Below are positions 34,639 through 46,192 of a stretch of 64,000 nt of DNA, piece after piece. The notes beneath the pieces are model-generated. The model was given only the letters and a program-made list of their open reading frames with translations. It had not been told where the DNA came from and did no database searches. Numbering within the stretch: the stretch's first letter is position 1; every line of letters begins with the position of its first letter. The stretch covers positions 806,001 to 870,000 of the forward strand of contig JABVCE010000014.1 of the NCBI GenBank assembly GCA_014905635.1, written 5' to 3'. This DNA is from Scenedesmus sp. PABB004. Its lineage: Eukaryota. Made by a program: the position numbers and the translations under genes.

Positions 34639-34953
34639 TCAGTGGCGCGCCTTGAGCAGCGCCAGCCCCCGCGCGCCCAGCTCCGCCTCCGCCGTCTGCC
34701 GCTCTGCGCGCAGCAGGGCCTGCAGCCGCTCCCGGCGCGCCTGCAGCGCCGCCGCCGCGTGGGCCTGCGCCGCCAGCTCTGCAGCCTCCGCCGGCCTGCC
34801 CGTCGTGGTCGGCGGCGGGCCGCGCGCGTGCCAGGCGGCCACGGCGCCGCCGCGCGCGAGCGAGCTCGCGTGTGCTGCTGCGGCCTCGCGCGCCGCGTTG
34901 CCCCGCAAGAGCCGGGCGATGTTGACGGGCTCCATCGTGGCAGAGTAATTCAT
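34639..34953 (-). CDS. CFAP141: CFAP141/C1orf189-like small (104 aa) axonemal protein, single exon
   Basis: MNYSATMEPVNIARLL...VAAWH...ARRERLQALLRAERQTAEAELGARGLALLKARH*. Size and C-terminal R..L..L...E......EL...G.A pattern match the family as recalled. Confidence 0.6.
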   Translation of the reverse strand: MNYSATMEPVNIARLLRGNAAREAAAAHASSLARGGAVAAWHARGPPPTTTGRPAEAAELAAQAHAAAALQARRERLQALLRAERQTAEAELGARGLALLKARH

Positions 34954-35167
34954 GCGAATGCAGGCGGCGCGGCTGCTTTGACCGCTGTGACCACCGCCTT
35001 GACCGCGCGCCGGCGCGCAAACCCTGCAGCCTCGCCGGCCTCCCTTGCCCTGCGCGTCAGGCGGCCGGCGGGCTGCCTCCCGCGCGAGCTGCCTCCCGCC
35101 CGGGCCGTGCAGCCGGGCGCAGGCGCGGCCCGGCCCGCGCGCGCGCAGCAGCGGCGGCCGCAGGGGC

Positions 35168-35549
35168 ATGAGCGCCGTTCGTGCCCTGGCCCCGCGCATG
35201 GCGAGCAGCTTTGGCAGCAAGCTTGGCGCCTGGGCTAGCCGAGCGGGCGGGAAGGCATGCGGCGGGCACGCGGCCGCGCCGCCGCGGCAGCCGACGCTCG
35301 CCGGCGACGCGAAGCAGGGGCTTGTCGACGTCGCCGAGGAGGCGGCCGACGGCGTTGAAGTGGTCCCCGAAGGTGCGCAGGGGTCGCTGGGGCTGCTGCG
35401 GCGCGCACGGGCGTCCGCACTGGGCGCGCTGGGCGCAGCACGTGCGCCCCAGCGCGGGCGCCGCCCGTGCGCGCCGCCGCGCAGGCAAGCGGCTGGCGCT
35501 GTGTGCCGCCGCGACGGCCGCAATGCTGGCGGTCATCACCGCGCTGTGA
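35168..35549 (+). CDS. Possible small tail-anchored protein, head-to-head with the CFAP141-like gene
   Basis: MSAVRALAPRMASSFGSKLGAW...DVAEEAADGVEVVPE|GKRLALCAAATAAMLAVITAL* using a GT-AG intron; hydrophobic C-terminus. Confidence 0.4.
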
Positions 35550-36362
35550 GGGCGCTCGCTCGGCGCGTCGGGTGTGCCGTAACCGCAGCCTGCGCTCCGA
35601 ACGGTTGCCCTCGTGTCTGCACCCGCCGCATGCCCCTGTTCAAGCGACTGCCGCCCGGCTGATGTGCACGCATGCGCCGACTCAACCCGCGTGGCCAGAC
35701 CCGCCGCCGTGACTGCAGACCATGTGCCGCCGACCATGCCGCCGTCCCCTCAGCCCCCAGCTGGTGTGTCACTGTTAGTTGCGCTTGCGTGTCAATGGTT
35801 TGTGCGAGCCTGTGCGTTTGTGTGTCTGTGCGTGCGTGCCTGTGTGCGCCGCCGCCCAACCAGAGTGCCCGCGTCCGCGCCGCCGCCGCGCGACGCGCGC
35901 GCCCGTGCCGCGCCTGCCGCCAGCCGACCGCCCGGCCACCGGCCGCCGCCCAGCAGCGCTGCTGCAATCTCAACTAGAGCCATTCTTCCTCATCTGCCGC
36001 GCTCGCAATAGCACAACCCAATCGGGCAGCCGCCGCGGCGCGAGCGCCGTGCAGGGGGCGCCCCGGGGCGGTAATCGTTCACGCAGCAGTCCCCGCGCCA
36101 GTGTGCGCGGAGGGAGGGAGGTTTTCCTGCCAGCGAGGAAGAGAAGTTCGTTTGAGGTGCAGGCCGGCGCGCCGCGCCGCCGCAGGCATGTGCAAAAAAC
36201 AGGGAGACAAGGCAGGCACATTCAAAAACGCACGGCCGGGGACCGAGACGCACGCCGCCGAGCAAGAGCAGCCGCCGACAGAGGGGCCTCCACACGCGGC
36301 CACGCCCCCCCCCCTCCACCCACACACGCACACACGCCCCACTCCCCACCCTCGCCCGCGTC

Positions 36363-38599
36363 TCACACCGCCAGCGCGATGGGCGCGTCAAGCAGCGAGT
36401 CCGGCAGGCACAGCGCGGCACCGCCGCCGACGCGCTGGCCGCCGGCGCCGCCGGCGGCGAGCGCGGCCGGGGGCGCGTAGACGCGCGCGGCGGCCGCGGC
36501 GCGGCACTTGCCGGGCGCGTGAATGAGGTTGCAGCACAGGCAGCGCGACCAGCACTCGCCCATGTGCGCGCGCCGGAGGCAGCGCACGCACTTGGCCCTG
36601 GGCGGGCACTTGCCGGTGTGCAGCCCGCCGCAGCGCGGGCAGGGCTCGGTCAGGCCGCCGCCGGCGGCGGCGTAGCTCGACGCAAGCGCCGCGCCGGCGG
36701 GGTCGCCCGCGGCGGCCGCAGCCGCGGCCGCGACCGCGGCCGCGAGCGAGCGCACGGGCACGCCGCCGCTGCTGGACGTGCTGCCGGCGCTGCCCGCGCT
36801 CGTCGCGCCCGGCTCGCCCGGCGCGTACAGCCGGCCCGCGGCCGCAGCCGCGAGCGCGGCGCAGCCCGGCGCGGTCACGCTGCCGCCGGCACTGCTCAGG
36901 CCGCCGCTGCCGGCGTGCAGCGACGAGGCCGCGGTGCTGTTGTAGCTGCTGAAGCTCGGCAGCGGGCCGCCGAGGCTGCCGTCGCCGAGGCTGCTCGCGC
37001 CCGCGGGCGGCGCGCCCAGGCCCGCGCACGCGTCGCTGCCGGGGTCGCTGCCGCTGCCGTCGCTGGGCTCGTGGCAGGAGCCGCTGAAGCTCCAGCCGGG
37101 CGCGCCGCAGGCGCCGGGCCCGGTGCCGCGCGGCGTGGCCGCCGCCAGCGCCAGGCCAGTGCCCGTGCCCGCGGCCGCCGCCGTGAGCCACAGGCTCGCG
37201 GCGGCGGAGCTTGCCGCAGCCGCGGCCGCGGCCGCGGCCGCGCCGTCGGGGCGCGGGCGGCCGCCCGCCGCGCGCGGCGGCGCGTCGGCGCGCCCGGGCG
37301 TCACGACCGGCGACGGCGCGTCGGCCTCGCCGCGCAGCGCGCCCGCTGCGCGCGGGAGGCCAGGGACGATGCACTCGATGCTGACCTGGCGGGCGTGCGC
37401 GCCGGCGGCGCAGCTGGCTCCGGCGAGGCCGTGTTCAATCTCAGCCAGCAGTCCGAGCGGCAGCAGGCCGGCGGCCTTGGCGCTGTGCAGCTCCTCCGCC
37501 TGCGCCACGCGCGCCGCGGCAAAGGGGCTGCTGGCGTCGAGGTCGGCGGCGCCGGCCAGACCAAACAGGCCGCCCGGGCTGCCCAGCCCGAACGCGAGCG
37601 GCGAGCCGGCCGCCGCGGGCGGCGACGGCGGCGCGCCGCCGCCGCGCCCCGGCGAGGGAATGGCGCCGGGCGGGCTGCCGCGCGCGGCGCCGCCGCGCGG
37701 CTCGGGGCTGAGCCTGCCGCCCGCAGCCTGCAGGCCACAGATGAAGCCGGCGGCCGACTGCGGTGCACCGCCGGCGCCGCTGCCGCTGCTCAGGCGCGGC
37801 TCGGGGCTGACGCCCCTGCTGCAGGGCCGGCTCGCGAGGCTGTGGGCGCCGCCGCGCTGCGCCGCGAGGCCGGCCAGCCCCCTGGACAGGCTGGGCGGTG
37901 AGCCGGGCGCGGCGCCGGCGCTGGCAGGCCGCGGGCCGCCCAGCGGGCTCGCGGTGCGCGGGGCTGGTCCCGCGCCTCCGCTGCTGCCGCCGGCGGTGCA
38001 CGGGCCGTCCTTTTTGTGCCTGCGGGGCGTGCGGCGCCGGCGCGCGGCCGCGTGAGCGGCCTGCACTGCTGTGGGGTTTGATCCGTGCGGCACGCGGCGC
38101 GCGGACCCACCCCGCGGCGGCGCCGGATGCCAGGCAGTCGAGCACGGCGCCGCCAAGGTCGACGCCGCACGCGTCCGCCAAGCGCGCCAGCTGCAGCAGC
38201 GCGTCGCCCAGCTCCTGCGCGAGCTGCTGTTTCTCGCTGGCGCTGAAGCTGGTGGCGCCGGCCTCGCCGCGCCACTGGAAGGCCTGCGCGAGCGCGCCGA
38301 CCTGCCCCACCTGCGCGGCGTGGCGGCGGCGGCAGTGATGGCCTGCCGCGCCGGCTGCACAGCCAGCCTGATCACGGCGTCTGTGCCGGCCGCGCCCCGC
38401 GCTGCGCGGCGCGCCGGGCGCAGCTGCCGGGCAGCAGTCGGCGCACCAGCGAGAGCAGCACGCTCGCGGCCGCTGCGCGCCCCTTATGAGCTCCCGTGTC
38501 GGCCTCCGCACACTCCGGTGAGGCGCGCGAGACTCGCGGATGCCCGAGCGCCCGCAGCGCGGCAGCTGCTCCCGGACCCGCATCGAGGTCACTTGCCAT
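36363..38599 (-). CDS. Degenerate MazG/DCTPP1-like domain fused to a long Ser/Pro/Gly-rich linker and three CCHC-type zinc knuckles, 3 exons
   Basis: Exons 38599-38447, 38310-~38111 and 38019-36363. N-terminal SVLLSL|VGQVGALAQAFQWRGE...QLAQELGDALLQLARLADACGVDLG. C-terminal CPRCGGLHTGKC, CVRCLRRAHMGEC and CLCCNLIHAPGKC. Confidence 0.75.
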
Positions 38600-39578
38600 G
38601 CTGGGCGCGACGAGCCAGCCGCGCCTGCCGCGTGCAATGTCGCGTACGCGTCCTGATCACGACGCTGCGGCCGGAGGCGTCGGCGCGGCGGCAGGACGCC
38701 GCACCCGCCTCCAGCAGCACACCCGCTCGCACCAGCCGAGCACGCGAGCTGCTAGGGCCCTGGCCGTCCTGTCGGGACGCGCTGCCTCACGCTGGGCGCG
38801 ACTGGGCGGCGGGGCGCAGCGGCGGGGGCAAGGGAGAGCGCAGCGAGCGGGGGTTTGAGTTGCAGCGGCAGCTGCAGGGCCCAATCGCCGACCCGTTGGC
38901 GGCGGCGGCTGCCGGCCCAATGCGGCCAACACGCCCCACAGCGACGCCCAGCTCAAAGTGCTGGTCACGTCACGCGGCGCGGTCGCGCGCGCCCCGGCCG
39001 TCGGCGGCGTGGCCGCGCGAGTGCAAACACGGGGCGCACAGCGCGGCGCGGCGCACCGCGTCGCCGGCAGCGGCGCTGCCCGTGTGGGCGGTGCTGTGCC
39101 CGATCAGCACAGCAACAGCGCCACGGGCAGCGCTGCTGTCAGTGACCCACGCGGCGCCTGCGCAGCCTCCTGCGCGAGGCAGCTGCTGCGCCTCTGCGAG
39201 CCCGGGCTGCGTGCTGCACGGCGGCGGCAGCGGCGGCGCCAGGTGAGGGGGGGACGGCCGCTGCCGCCGCGCGCGCGCGCGCGCGCGGCGCTGCAGGGGC
39301 CGGCAGGCGCGCCCCCGCGCGCGCCGTCTCGCCCTGGTCGCGCGCCCCCGGGGTGCGTCGGACGGCCGCCCTGCGGGCCTCTGAGCTCGGGTTGAAGTTG
39401 GCTAGGACATGCGCATCGACCCGAGCTACGAGGGCTGCAGGGCGGCCACCTGCTGGGCACATCCCGGGGAGCCTCCGAGGCCTTGGTGGTGACCAGCCGC
39501 CCTGGGCGCCGCGAGGCGGCGCGGGCGGGCCGGCGCGCAGCGCGCGCTGCGCCCGCTGCGCGCGAGCAGGCCCCGGCG

Positions 39579-40022
39579 CCTGGCGGACCATCGCCGACAA
39601 CCGTTGCGAGCTCCTGCCAGAGCCCACCTGCTCGGGAGCTCGCCATGGCCAGGGCTCCACCCTGGCGCGCTCCGCGCTGGCGCGGAGGTCGCCGCCGCGC
39701 GTGCCAGCAGCCCTGGCCTGGCGCGCCCGCGCGCTGCCTTGGGGGCGCTCAACTCAGGTCGTGGAGGCTGGCGCCAAGGCAGCGCGCATGCGTGAGGCCA
39801 TGGCTGCTGGCACCCAGACGGGCGTTGCGCGACGCGCTCGCCTGACATCAGCACCCGTGCCTGGCCGGAGGGCGGCAGCGCTCCGCCGCCGGCGCGTCGG
39901 CGTCAGCGAGCTTGGCGAGCTCCCCGAGCGCCAGGCGGACCATCGTTGACAACCGTGGCGAGCTCCCGAGCAGGTGGGCTCTGGCAGGAGCTCGCAACGG
40001 TCGTCGGCGATGGTCCGCCAGG
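39579..40022. repeat. Nested inverted/direct repeat: ~67-bp terminal inverted repeats plus an internal 33-bp-arm hairpin
   Basis: 39579-39645 is approximately the reverse complement of 39956-40022. 39934-40019 folds on itself (ggcggaccatcg...gcgagctcc / ggagctcgc...cgatggtccgcc). Confidence 0.85.
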
Positions 40023-40861
40023 TGACCCGCGGGAGGGGCAGGCCCTGGCCAGCGCCGCCAGCGGTGGCGGGCCGGTGGCGGCCTGCCCCCGGCTGCCCAA
40101 ACAGGTCGCAGCCGACACCGGCCCGCCACCGCTGGCCGCCGCCGCTGGCCGTCGCTGGTGGCCGTCGCTGCCGGCCGCTGCGCGCGCCGGCCCCGCTGCT
40201 GCTGCCGCCGCCGCCGGCGCGCGCCCCGCGGCCGCGGGCGGGGCTGCCCCTCTCGGCGCCGACGACGGCGCAGGGGGAGGCCTGCGCCCTTGCGCCCAGG
40301 CGCGGCGCGGGGCCGACGGCGCGCCGCGCGGCCCGCCCGAGCGCGACCGGTGATGCCGGTGATGCCGCCTGAACGCGCGCGGCGGAGCACGCGAGGCGCG
40401 TGGCGCGATGCTGGGAGTGTAGTGCATCGGTCCCAGAGACCGCGTGGCGACGCTGTCAGAGCGCTGCGGCGCTCTGGCACGCGCTGCGCCGCGCCGCCGC
40501 CGCCGCTGCTCCGCGCGCGCGGAGCGGGCCTGTGGGTCGAGCAGGGGCGGTCGCGGCCCGCGGCGGCGTGGGCGCTTAGTCAGCTCTAGGCATGCGGCGC
40601 CGGCGTGCGGGGACTAAAAAGCACGACGACGGCGCTCGCGTTGCGCCAAGCGGCACGCCGCTGAGCCGCGGCGGCAGCTGACGCCGCCGGTCCCTGCGAC
40701 GCTCCCGTGTCGGGCCCGTCACACTGAACGCGATCGGGGATCGCATCGCGGTAGGCAGCTCGCCTGCGCGTCGCACGACAGCTCGGCCGCCCGCAGTCGG
40801 GCGCACCTCCGCCGTCGCTGCCGGTACTCGCCCGCACGCCAGCTGAGTCGTGCCAACCGCC

Positions 40862-43800
40862 ATGCTCGCGGCGCTGGCGGGCGCGGCGGAGCGCCGCGGC
40901 CCCGCCCTGGCGCTGCGCGGGGGCGGAGCGGCACTCTCGCTGCTCCTCGCCCGGGCGCCGTCGCTGGCGCTGGCGCGGCGCTGGCTGGCGGGCGACAGCC
41001 ACCGCCACTCCGCGGTGTACGTGACGGACGCGGAGGGGTCGGTCGCGAGCCACACGCCGCTGCTGCTGGGGCTCATGAACTACTTTGAGCGCCACCTGCC
41101 CTTCGTGGGCTACTTCGCGCCCATCGGTGCGGGCCGGGCAGACCACCACGCGCGGTCGCTTGTCTCCCTGCTGCCCCCGGCGGCAGCTGGCCCCGGAGCG
41201 GGCGCCGGCAGCGGCGCTCGCGCCGCCGCTGCTTGCGCCGCCGCCGCCAACCGCCCCACCCGCCGGCGCAGGCGGCAGCGCCAACCCCGACACGGGCGAC
41301 CACCCGCTGGACCGGCACCTGCGCCTCGTGCACGACACGTTTGAGCTGAAGTACGAGACGCGGCTCATGCAGGCGCGGCGGCGTGCGCAGCGGGGACCGG
41401 CGGGGGGTGCAGCGCGGCGCCGTGCGCGCGGCGCCGCCGCCGCCGGCAGCGCCCGCCAGCTTGCCCGCGCCCGGGCAGCGGCGCGCGCTGCCGCGGCGCT
41501 CACCCGCGCCGCCGCCGCCGCCGGCGCCGCCGCGGCGCGCGGCGCGCAGGGCGTGGCGGAGGAGGAGGCGGTGCGCCTCGTCGCGGCGGGGCGGCGCGGC
41601 GAGCTGCTGGACCGCATCTACGCCTCGTTCGTGGCGTACAAGGAGATGCACGACATGGTCATCGTGCACGGCACCGCCATCGGTGCGGCGGGGGGGGGGG
41701 GGGGCTGCTGCTGTCGCGAGCAGCGGCACGGGGCGCAACAGGGCGCCGCCGGCGGCGGCGGCGTCGGTGGGGTCGCCGCCCACGCGGCGCCGCCGCCGCG
41801 GTGCCGCCGATGCGCCGCAGGCAGCGGCAAGCTCGACGCGGAGATCGCGTCCGCGCTGGAGAGCCCCGCGCTCATCACGGCGCAGGCCAAGGACGCGAGC
41901 ATCACCGACATTGCCCGCCGCACGCTGCTCAAAAAGGCACTGCTCGACGAGCACAAAGTGCGGCGCGCCGCCGCGGGGCCGAGCTCAGCCGGGCGGCGCC
42001 GGCGGCGCGGCGGGGGCCGTGCAGGCTGCGCGGGCCTCTCGGGCGGCGGGCGCGGCGGGCTGCGGGGCTGCGGCCACCGCCGCCCGCGGTGTCGCAGGTG
42101 CCCGTGCTGGGCGCTGTGCTGAACAAGGTCCCCGCGGCCGACCTCGCCATCGTCACGGCGCAGCTGCGGCGCAAGTTTGCCGACGCGGGGCTGCCGCTGC
42201 TTGGCGCGCTGCCCGAGGACCGCCTGCTGCGCGGCGTGCGCCTCGACGAGGTCCTGCCCGCGCTGCCGGCGGAGTTCCAGTTTGGCCGCAAGGTCCAGCT
42301 CGACCAGGTGCGGGCGCCGGCGGCGGGCGGCGGGGCCGTGGCGGCGGGGCCGCGGCAACGGGGCGCCGGCGGGGCCGCGCGGCGGCAGCGCCAGGGCCGC
42401 GCCGCGCGCCCCCGCCGACCGCCCGCCCCGCGCCGCCGCGCGGCCCCTGCCGCCGCGCCCGCCCGCCCCGCCGAGCAGGAGTACACTGCGGTGTACGTCG
42501 CCGCGCAGCGCCTGGAGGAGCTGCTGGAGCTGCTCGCGACCGACGGCGACACGCGGCCGCTCGTCATCACGACGCGCGACCGGCTGGACATCGTGCTCGG
42601 CCTGCTCGCCAGCCAGGCGCGGCGCGGCGCGCGGTGCCGGGCGCGATGCCCGGCGCGGGGCGGCGCGGCGCGGCGCGCTCACGCCTCGCCCGCGCGCGCC
42701 GCCGCAGGTCAGCGTGGCGGGGCCCAACGTGGCCGGCATCGTGCTCGCGCGCTCGGGGCCCGGCAACGGTCGCAACCAGGCGCAGTGAGCCCCTCGCCCG
42801 CGCGCCCGCGCCTGCCGCCCGCGCGCCCACGCGCCCGCCCGCCCGGCCCCCGCGCGGCGCAGGGCGATGCTGGGGCGCATGTTTGAGGGCCTGTCCAAGG
42901 GCTACCAGGGCAGCCTGCTGCCCATCATGTCCACAGATCTGCCCATCTACGAGGCCGTGCGCCGGCTGGACCACCTCACCGGCGCGGTGCTGCCGACGAG
43001 CACGCGCAAGATCCAGCACTGCAAGGCGCGCCGCGCCGCGCCGCGCCGGGCGGTGCTCGCCCCATCAGCCCCGGGCAGACCCTCGGCCTCGTTCAACCCC
43101 AGTCAAACCCCAGTCAAACCCGGTCAAACGCGCCGCAGGCGATGTTTGACAAGCACGTCGACGCCAACAGCCTGGTCGCGGGCATCGAGGCGGAGGAGGC
43201 GCAGATCACGAGCGCGGCGCGCGTGACGCCAAAGATGTTTGCGCACAGCATAAAAACCAAGTGCGCGGCGCACCCGCAGCACATCGTGCTGCCAGAGGTG
43301 CGGCGGCGCCGCGGTCGCGTGGGCGCGGGCGGTCGCGTGGGCGGCGGACGCGGGCGTGGCGGGTGGCCTGGCAGCGGCGCGGCGGGCGTGCGGCCAGCAC
43401 TGTGAGTCCGCCGCGCTCGCCCCTGACCGCCCGCCCTGGCCCCTGCCCAGGCGCTGGACCCGCGCGTGCTCAAGGCCGCGAGCGAGGTGACGACGCGCGG
43501 CCTCGCGCGCATCACGCTGCTCGGCGACCCCGCCGCCGTGGCGGCGGAGGCCAAGAAGCTCGGCGCCGACATCAGCGCCTGCGCCGTGGTGGAGCCCAAG
43601 GCGCGGCGCGCGCGCACACGCGCACGCGCGGCGGCGCCGCCGCGGCCGAGGGCGTCGGCGCCGGCCCCTTGCACCGCCGGCCGCCCACGCACACGCCCTC
43701 GCCCTCGCCCGCGCGGCCGCCCCTGCCCGGCCCTCCCCTCTGCCGCCGCGCCACCGCAGAGCTTTGGCGGCCTCGACAAGTATGTGGCGATGCTGCTGGA

Positions 43801-45681
43801 GGCGCGCAAGGGCAAGAACCTCACGCCAGAGGCCGGTGCGGCGCGAGGCGGCGGGAGGCGGGCTGGGCGGGGCGCGAGGCAGGAGGCGGCGCCGGCGGGT
43901 GGTCAAGCGTGCGCCCGCGGTCGCCCGCACGCGCGTGCGCGGCGGCAGCGCCGAGGCTGGAGCTCCGCCGCTCACACACGCTCACACGCCCGCCCGCAAC
44001 ACCCTGCCCGCCCGCGCCCGCAGCGCGCGACGCTGTGGCCAACGACCCCAACATGTTTGGCGTCATGATGGTCGCCAGCGGCGACGCGGCGGGCATGGTC
44101 TCGGGCGCGATCCACACCACCGCGGCGACGATCCGCCCCGCCATGCAGGCGCGCGCCGCCGCGCCCAGCCATGACGCCGCCGCGCTCGAGCGCGCCGCGC
44201 CGCCGCCGCCCTCGCGCTCCCGCTCGCCCGCGCCGCGCCGCCCTTGCTCACCGCTCCCTGCCGCCGCGCCGCCGCTGCTGCACTTGCATAGGTGCTGCGC
44301 ACGCCCAACCTGGTGTCCAGCGTGTTTTTCATGTGCCTCCCAGACAAGGCGCGCGCGGGAGGGACGGGGTGCCGATGGGGGTGTGCGCGGGCGCTGTGAC
44401 GGCGCAGGCGCTGTGTCGGCGCCACTTGGCGCCCTGGGCTCGGCCGCCGACCGTGCCGCCTGGCCACTCACACCGCCCCGCTCCCTCCCCCCCTCTCCCG
44501 CTCCCGCCAGGTCCTGGTGTATGGCGACTGCGCCGTCAACGTCGCCCCCAGCGCCGCCGACCTCGCCTCCATCGCTGCGTGCAGGCGCGCCGCCTGCTGC
44601 TGCGCGCCGCGCCGCGCCGCGCCTGCTGCTGCGAGCCGGGCCCGCGCTCCCCGCGCGCCGCGCGCCGGGGCCGCCCTCCCCTCGCCCGGCTCTCGCTGAC
44701 GACCCACCCGCCCGCGCGCCGCGCCGTGCAGCGCCGACACGGCAGCCGCGTTTGGCATCGAGCCGCGCGTCGCGATGCTGAGCTATTCCACCATGGGCAG
44801 CGGCGCGGGGCCCGACGTGAGCCGCCGCCCCTGCTGCGCGGTGCTGCGCCCCGCTGTGCCCACACGCCCCCCCCCCCCCCCACACACACACACACCCACA
44901 CACACACAACCACACATACCACACGCCCGCGCATGTGTGTTCGTGCCCTGCAGGTGCAAAAGGTGACCGACGCGGTGGCGGCGGTGCAGGCGGCGCGGCC
45001 GGACCTCATGGTCGAGGGCCCGCTCCAGGTGCGCCCGCGCGGGCGGCGCTGCCTGCCCGGCCTCGCTCTGCTGTGCTGCGCACGCCGCGGGGCGCGCGCC
45101 GCACCCCCCTCACTCACTCGCGCACACACAACTCTCTCCCCTCCACACACCACACACAACACAACACATCACACACACAACACGCCCGCATGCTCATATG
45201 CTCTCCCTGCTGTGCCGCGCAGTACGACGCAGCGATCGACCCCGCGGTCGCGAGCGTGAAGATCAAGACCCCCAGCGCCGTCGCGGGGCGCGCGACCGTG
45301 TTTGTGTTCCCAGACCTCAACACGGGCAACAACACCTACAAGGCGGTGCAGCAGGTGAGAGAATGCAACGGCGCGCGCGGGGAGGGGAAAGGGAGCGCGG
45401 CGCGGCACGCCACAGTGCGCGCCGCGCGCCCGCGCCCGCCGCCGCGGCCCGGCCCCCGCACCCGCGCCGCGGGCCGACCCCCGCCCCGCCTCCGCCCCGG
45501 CCAGGCGACGGGCGCGGTCGCGATGGGTCCGGTGATGCAGGGCCTGCGCAAGCCGGTGAACGACCTCAGCCGCGGCTGCACGGTCGCCGACATCGTCAAC
45601 ACCATCTGCGTGACGGGCGTGCAGGCGATGCAGGCCGCCGCGGCGACGGTGCCGGGCGCGCCCGCGGGCGCCGCGGCGTGA
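40862..45681 (+). CDS. PAT: Phosphate acetyltransferase, long type (N-terminal BioD-like/DRTGG region plus PTA_PTB domain), 18 exons, organelle-targeted
   Basis: [140 protein letters not shown]. Confidence 0.97.
43091..43130. repeat. Short intronic tandem repeat of GTCAAACCC(C)
   Basis: gttcaaccccagtcaaaccccagtcaaacccggtcaaacg immediately before an acceptor site in PAT. Confidence 0.7.
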
Positions 45682-46192
45682 GGCGGGGGCGCGGGGAGCG
45701 GGGCCGCGCGGGGCAGCAGGCGGGGGCAGCAGGAGGCGGGGGCGTGCGGGCACGCGCAGCGAACACGAGCAGCAGGCGGGGGGCACGCAGGGGAGAAGGC
45801 ATCGGCGGTCCCTCCGACCGCGCGCGGGGTGGCGGCGGGCTGGCGGCGGGCTGCACTTGCACCGGGAGCTGCCGCAGCGCGCGCTGCAACAGCGCGCGCC
45901 CGCGCGGCGCCGTCGCTGCCGGCCCGCCGGCAGCGGCGGGTGCCGCCGCGCCACGCAGCGGGGCGGTGAAGATTGGAGTGGCGGTCGCGGGGGTGCGCGC
46001 AGGAAACTCGCCGGGCGGCGCTTCCCCGCGAGACCTCAGGGCTTTGACCGCTCGCGGCGTCGTCGCGCCGCAGCGTGTGTGTGTCCGCCTGCGGTCGCCA
46101 GTCCGCGCCCGCCGCAGCATCGCGTTTCGTTCGCCCCCCCTCAGGCCGTCGCGAGCAAGCGGGCGAGCGAGCGCGGCGGCGCAGCAGCAGAG

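Noticed and set aside
38860..39420. Possible small gene upstream of the nested hairpin
   Set aside because: No recognisable motif or consistent exon chain on either strand.
38600..46190. Missing acetate kinase beside PAT
   Set aside because: As I recall, only one of the two Chlamydomonas PAT/ACK pairs is adjacent, so absence here is unremarkable.
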